Of a stretch of 43,742 nt of DNA, positions 39,795 to 43,742 are shown piece after piece (within the stretch, counting starts at the first letter, position 1; the number at the start of each line of letters is the position of its first letter). The DNA is taken from the NCBI GenBank assembly GCA_046583355.1, contig JAYGCM010000006.1, positions 1 to 43,742 of the forward strand, given 5' to 3'. The notes under the pieces were generated by a model. That model saw nothing but the letters and a program-made list of their open reading frames with translations, was not told the DNA's origin and made no database searches. The stretch comes from Deltaproteobacteria bacterium. Lineage in GTDB: Bacteria > Desulfobacterota > Binatia > UBA12015. Both the position numbers and the translations under genes were made by a program.

Positions 39795-40415
39795 TTAGGT
39801 AAGGGCGGGCTCATCGTTCAGGCGGCGGATATCGCCGCGCAGGCGCAGCATCGCTTCGGAATCGCGCATATCGTATACGCCACGGATGCGGGCCGCGCCG
39901 TCGACAAGGACAAAATATTGGCTATGGATGATGGCGTCGTCGCCGAGTTCCGGCTTGCCTTCGATCACCGGCAAGAGGTAACCCTCGCTGGCCAGGCGCC
40001 AGATCTCGGCCTTCTCGCCGGTCAGGAAGACCCAGCGTTCGCGGTCGGCGCCGGCGCGCTCGGCATAGGCGCGCAGGACCTCGGGGGTGTCGCGCTCCGG
40101 GTCGACCGAGACCGAGACAAAGCGCAGGTTCTCGAGGCTGTCGGTCTCGCGCTCGAGTCGGCCCATCTCGGCCGTCATGCGCGGGCAGATAGCGGCGCAA
40201 TGGGTGAAGATCAGGTCGACGACATAGGGATGGCCGGCCAGGTCCTGGTCGCCGAAGTCGGCGCCATTGGCCGCAATCAGGGCAAAAGGAGGTACCTGGG
40301 CCAATACAGGCAGGGGTTCTTCGTGACGGCCCGTGCTCAGGGCAGCCAGCACGGCGACCGCAAAGACCAGTAAAAGGCCGCCGATGACGAGGAAGGGATT
40401 GCGGCGGTTTTTCAT
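39795..40415 (-). CDS. SCO family copper chaperone
   Basis: N-terminal TM, FTHCAAICP (CxxxC), SVDPERDTP, distal HS; start MKNRRNP at 40415. Confidence 0.93.
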   Translation of the reverse strand: MKNRRNPFLVIGGLLLVFAVAVLAALSTGRHEEPLPVLAQVPPFALIAANGADFGDQDLAGHPYVVDLIFTHCAAICPRMTAEMGRLERETDSLENLRFVSVSVDPERDTPEVLRAYAERAGADRERWVFLTGEKAEIWRLASEGYLLPVIEGKPELGDDAIIHSQYFVLVDGAARIRGVYDMRDSEAMLRLRGDIRRLNDEPALT

Positions 40416-41197
40416 GCGAGTCCCGGATCCAGAGGTTGGGCGACCATGCGCCGTGCGAGGAGCAGGCCGGCGACCGTAAAGGCGAGCGTGACAAGAACCG
40501 AGAGCGTGAAGCCGGGGACATCCGCGCCGATGGCGGCGCCGCTCGGGTCGATGCAATGGCGCACGGCCGCCATGCCGTAGGTCAGTGGGTTGATCGCCAT
40601 GACGAAGCGCAGCCAGGGGGAGGCTCCATCGGCCGGGAAGAAGGCGCCGGAGAGCAGCCACATGGGAATCAGCAGGAGGTTCATGACGGCGTGGAAACCT
40701 TGTGTCGAATCCATTTTCCAAGCGATCAGGAAGCCCAGAGTGGTGAGCCCGATGGCGATCATCGCGAGTAGGGCGACCAGGCTGAGTAGGTTGCCGAGGC
40801 CGAGGCTGACGCCGACCAGCGGCGCCGCCAGGAGGAGTAAAAGAGCCTGGGCCAGAGCGAGCGAGCTGCCGCCCAGAATCTTGCCCAAGACGATGGCTAC
40901 GCGCGGTACGGGGGCGACCAAGACGGCCTGCAGGAAGCCCTCTTTGCGGTCCTCTATGACCGAGATGGTCGAGAAGATCGCGGTGAAGAGAATCACCATG
41001 ACCATGGCGCCGGGAAAGAAATATTCGGCGTAGCCGATGCCGTCGCCCGCGCCGCCGCTGCGGAAGGTTCCGGCAAAGCCCGAGCCAAGCAGGAGCCAGA
41101 AGAGAATGGGGGTTGCCAGAGCGCCGACGATCCGGCTGCGTTGCCGGTAGAAACGGACGATCTCTCTTTGCCAGAGGGTAAGAACAGCCAATCGCAC
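40412..41197 (-). CDS. ABC-2 type transporter permease
   Basis: SVIEDRKEGFL...VAPV, LSGAFFP, NPLTY; six TM helices. Confidence 0.92.
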   Translation of the reverse strand: MRLAVLTLWQREIVRFYRQRSRIVGALATPILFWLLLGSGFAGTFRSGGAGDGIGYAEYFFPGAMVMVILFTAIFSTISVIEDRKEGFLQAVLVAPVPRVAIVLGKILGGSSLALAQALLLLLAAPLVGVSLGLGNLLSLVALLAMIAIGLTTLGFLIAWKMDSTQGFHAVMNLLLIPMWLLSGAFFPADGASPWLRFVMAINPLTYGMAAVRHCIDPSGAAIGADVPGFTLSVLVTLAFTVAGLLLARRMVAQPLDPGLA

Positions 41198-41253
41198 GCT
41201 AACGGCTTAACGGAGAGGAAAGTGCAGCGATAGTCCCGCGGGCGGGAGTCTGC

Positions 41254-42198
41254 TCAAGCGGGGTCGGTGCTCCAGAGACGGTGGCCGGTGCGTTGGATGA
41301 AAACGTCTTCCAAGGTCGGCTTGCCGACGCTGACGGCTTGGATACGGCCGGGGAAGGCCTCGAAGAGTTGTGGGACGAATTCCGGGCCGTTCTGGCGCCG
41401 GATGCGCAGGGCGCCGTCGACGATTTCGGTTGGCTCCGAGAAGCGGCTGGTCATTTCGCTGGCGAGACTCTCCAGGTCCGTGGCGTGAATCGTGACGATA
41501 TCGCCACCCACATCCGAGCGCAGGGCATCGGGGGTATCGAGCGCGACCGATTTTCCCTTGTCGAGAAAGAGGAGGCGATCACAGCGGTCGGCGTCTTCCA
41601 TCAGGTGGGTCGTGATGAGGACGGAGAGGCCATCGCGGCGTCTAGCCTCTTCGAGGTAGGCCCAGAGGTCGATGCGGGCGCCAGGGTCGAGCCCCGTGGT
41701 CGGCTCGTCCAGAATGACGAGGCTGGGACGGTGCATGAGCCCCTTGGCGAGATCGATGCGGCGCTTCATGCCACCGGAAAGCGTTTGCACGAATGCGTGC
41801 TCTTGGTCGCGTAGGCCGACACGGTCGAGCATCTCGTTGATCCGATCTTCGAGAGCTTTCCCGCCGATCCCGTAGAGATGGCCCTGATGGCGCATATTCT
41901 CGCGCACCGTGAGTTGGATATCGAGACTCGGCGACTGAAAGACGACGCCGATCTCGCGCCGTACGGCTGCGCTCTGCGTGACGACATCGGCGCCGGCGAT
42001 CGTTGCCGTGCCGGAGTCGGGCGTCAGCAGCGTGGAGAGGATTCGGAAGAGAGTCGTCTTGCCGCCGCCATTGGGCCCGAGCAGGCCAAAAATCTCGCCG
42101 CGCCCGGTCGAGAAACTCAGGCCGTCGAGAGCCTTATTCGTGCCATAGGCGTGTTCGAGCGCGCGGACCTCAAGGATCGCTTCGGAAGTCTCGTTCAT
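41254..42198 (-). CDS. ABC transporter ATP-binding protein (DrrA-like)
   Basis: GPNGGGKT, LSGGM, LDEPTTGLD, TTH, PTLEDVF. Confidence 0.95.
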   Translation of the reverse strand: MNETSEAILEVRALEHAYGTNKALDGLSFSTGRGEIFGLLGPNGGGKTTLFRILSTLLTPDSGTATIAGADVVTQSAAVRREIGVVFQSPSLDIQLTVRENMRHQGHLYGIGGKALEDRINEMLDRVGLRDQEHAFVQTLSGGMKRRIDLAKGLMHRPSLVILDEPTTGLDPGARIDLWAYLEEARRRDGLSVLITTHLMEDADRCDRLLFLDKGKSVALDTPDALRSDVGGDIVTIHATDLESLASEMTSRFSEPTEIVDGALRIRRQNGPEFVPQLFEAFPGRIQAVSVGKPTLEDVFIQRTGHRLWSTDPA

Positions 42199-43076
42199 GT
42201 CGGGGCCATCGGTCCTTTCGTCGCTGCCAGAAGAAGCAAGAGAAGAGGAAGATAGATCACGGATACCCGTAGCAGCAAGCGGGCGGCCTCGAGGCTGCGC
42301 ACGCGCGCGGTATGGATCGCCGAAATCAGGAAGATGAGGCCGAGAACCAAGGCGCCGCTGAAATACGCACCGCCGGCCATGCCGAGGATGGCAGGAAGCA
42401 GGCTTACGGGCAGGAGGCCCAGGCTGTAGAGAAGAATCTGTCTTGCCGTGGCCGAGCCGTCGTTGTCGGCAACCGGCAGCATCGGCTGCAGGCCGCGTTC
42501 GTAATCGTCGCGGTACATCCAGGCGATCGCGAGGAAATGAGGCATCTGCCAGAAAAAGAGAATCCCGAAAAGAACCCAGGCCTCAACCGAGATATCGCCT
42601 GTCACGGCGGTCCAGCCCATCATTGGCGGGATGGCTCCGGGTACCGCACCGACCACTGTACAAAGCGAAGAGACGCGCTTCATCGGTGTGTAGACGAGCG
42701 TATAGAGGAGCAGCGTGAGGAGGCCGAGTCCGGCGGTCAGCCAATTCGTGGCGACGGCCAGAACCAGGGTGCCCGCCAAGGAGAGCAGCACGCCGAGGAT
42801 GGCGCCGGTGCGTCGCGTGGTGCGACCGGCGGCCATGGGACGCTTGCGGGTGCGCTCCATGAGCGCATCTGTGCGGATCTCGATTACTTGATTGAGGCAG
42901 CTTGCCCCGGCGGCGATCAATGCCGTGCCCAGCAATGTGGCCGCAAAGGGTAGCGCCGCGACCTGCGGCGCGGCGAGCCAATAGCCCGCGGCCGTCGTGA
43001 TCACGACCATCAGAGTGATGCGTGGTTTGGTGAGCTCCAGCAGGTCGGAGACTGGTGTGGCGGCGTTAGTCATCAC
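42195..43076 (-). CDS. ctaB: Heme O synthase (protoheme IX farnesyltransferase)
   Basis: LTKPRI, NQVIE..TDALMERTRKRP, YTPMKR, GAIPPMMGW, WQMPHFLAIAW. Confidence 0.95.
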   Translation of the reverse strand: MMTNAATPVSDLLELTKPRITLMVVITTAAGYWLAAPQVAALPFAATLLGTALIAAGASCLNQVIEIRTDALMERTRKRPMAAGRTTRRTGAILGVLLSLAGTLVLAVATNWLTAGLGLLTLLLYTLVYTPMKRVSSLCTVVGAVPGAIPPMMGWTAVTGDISVEAWVLFGILFFWQMPHFLAIAWMYRDDYERGLQPMLPVADNDGSATARQILLYSLGLLPVSLLPAILGMAGGAYFSGALVLGLIFLISAIHTARVRSLEAARLLLRVSVIYLPLLLLLLAATKGPMAPT

Positions 43077-43105
43077 AATATTGCGCGAGAGGGCCGGGCG
43101 GCCCC

Positions 43106-43366
43106 CTAGCGGGGCGCCTCCGGCGCACGCGTCTCCGTCACGAGGGGGCGCAGTCGAGTCGTATCGGGTGACCGGAGCTGGTCGCTGGCCATTAGGGCGA
43201 TTGCCGCGACAAAGGCGGCCGGGACGAGAGTCCAGACGATTTCGGTATGGATCGCGGCGCTACGCGCCGGATCCTGTACTCGACGTGCCTTCAATAGGCG
43301 GAGCAGGATCCAGGCCTGCACCACGAAGAAGACGATGCCGGAGAACCAGAAGATCGCCGTTTGCAA
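43106..43366 (-). CDS. Stand-alone cytochrome c oxidase subunit II-like transmembrane miniprotein (~86 aa; alternative TTG start at 43411)
   Basis: Two TM helices (AIFWFSGIVFFVVQAWILL; HTEIVWTLVPAAFVAAIAL) matching the COX2_TM pattern; no CuA domain. Confidence 0.65.
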   Translation of the reverse strand: MQTAIFWFSGIVFFVVQAWILLRLLKARRVQDPARSAAIHTEIVWTLVPAAFVAAIALMASDQLRSPDTTRLRPLVTETRAPEAPR

Positions 43367-43385
43367 AAGGAGTCTCGCGAAAGGT

Positions 43386-43417
43386 TCGGGGTCGGCGGGA
43401 AATCCCGCCAACCCCGA
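43386..43417 (-). other. Strong intergenic RNA hairpin (possible terminator or stabiliser)
   Basis: TCGGGGTTGGCGGG-ATTT-CCCGCCGACCCCGA, 14 bp stem with one G-U pair, followed by ACCTTT. Confidence 0.65.
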
Positions 43418-43424
43418 GTTCCCA

Positions 43425-43742
43425 TCAGGAAGCGCTGTAGCTGAAGTCCAGCGTCACCGAGCCATCGTCGGCAATAGTGACTTCGGCGTCTTGGGTGCCG
43501 AGCTTTTCCTGCCAGACGCCGATGGTGTAGGTGCCGGCCGGCAGGCCTTCGAGCGCGAAGGTGCCGTCGGGTGCCGTGACGGTGAAGAAGGGATGGGGCA
43601 GAACGGCAACGTAGCCGCTCATCCAGGGGTGGACGTCGCATTTCACGGCGATCAGAACTTCTTCGGTGCCAAAGGATGTGTCTTTTTTCTCGACGCACCC
43701 CGGCATGGCGAAGTTGAAGCCCGGGTTCTTCTTGGGCATGCC
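43425..43742 (-). CDS. C-terminal part of a cupredoxin-like / carboxypeptidase-regulatory-like domain protein (truncated by the window edge)
   Basis: VKCDVHPWM followed by DGTFALEGLPAGTYTIGVWQEKLG beta-sandwich. Confidence 0.8.
   Translation of the reverse strand, partial: GMPKKNPGFNFAMPGCVEKKDTSFGTEEVLIAVKCDVHPWMSGYVAVLPHPFFTVTAPDGTFALEGLPAGTYTIGVWQEKLGTQDAEVTIADDGSVTLDFSYSAS

Overview
High-GC bacterial chromosome segment. The gene order (rpsB-tsf-pyrH-frr-uppS-cdsA-rseP-tsaB, DUF465, ilvN-ilvC-psd-pssA) suggests a former-Deltaproteobacteria lineage such as Desulfobacterota, Myxococcota or Binatia; this placement is inference. From left to right: (1) tRNA-Leu(GAG); (2) a ~10.5 kb accessory block separating secG from this tRNA, containing a HipBA-like module, SDR, orphan molybdopterin oxidoreductase, VapBC, two alpha/beta hydrolases, a two-subunit sodium:solute symporter and a GNAT; (3) gap-pgk-tpiA-secG; (4) tolQRAB-pal-cpoB-ribF-rluD; (5) a DUF481-like outer-membrane protein; (6) rho; (7) the rpsB..tsaB cluster without dxr; (8) ilvN-ilvC-psd-pssA without ilvB; (9) a cytochrome c oxidase operon facing a convergent assembly operon. 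The best candidate for an undescribed system is the oxidase locus. Subunit I is A-family with an intact D-channel and active site, but it lacks the K-channel lysine. Subunit II lacks the canonical E-x-x-W-T helix and has Q at the CuA/Mg Glu position. The facing operon encodes a stand-alone ~86 aa subunit-II-like transmembrane miniprotein that does carry EIVWTLVP. A CxxC membrane miniprotein and a cupredoxin-like CDVHPWM protein sit in the same locus. Other notable points are a HipA that needs a CTG start, clear TA operators overlapping their promoters, and a possible Glu Mo-ligand. All calls come from motif reading and recalled family consensus; no database searches were run.
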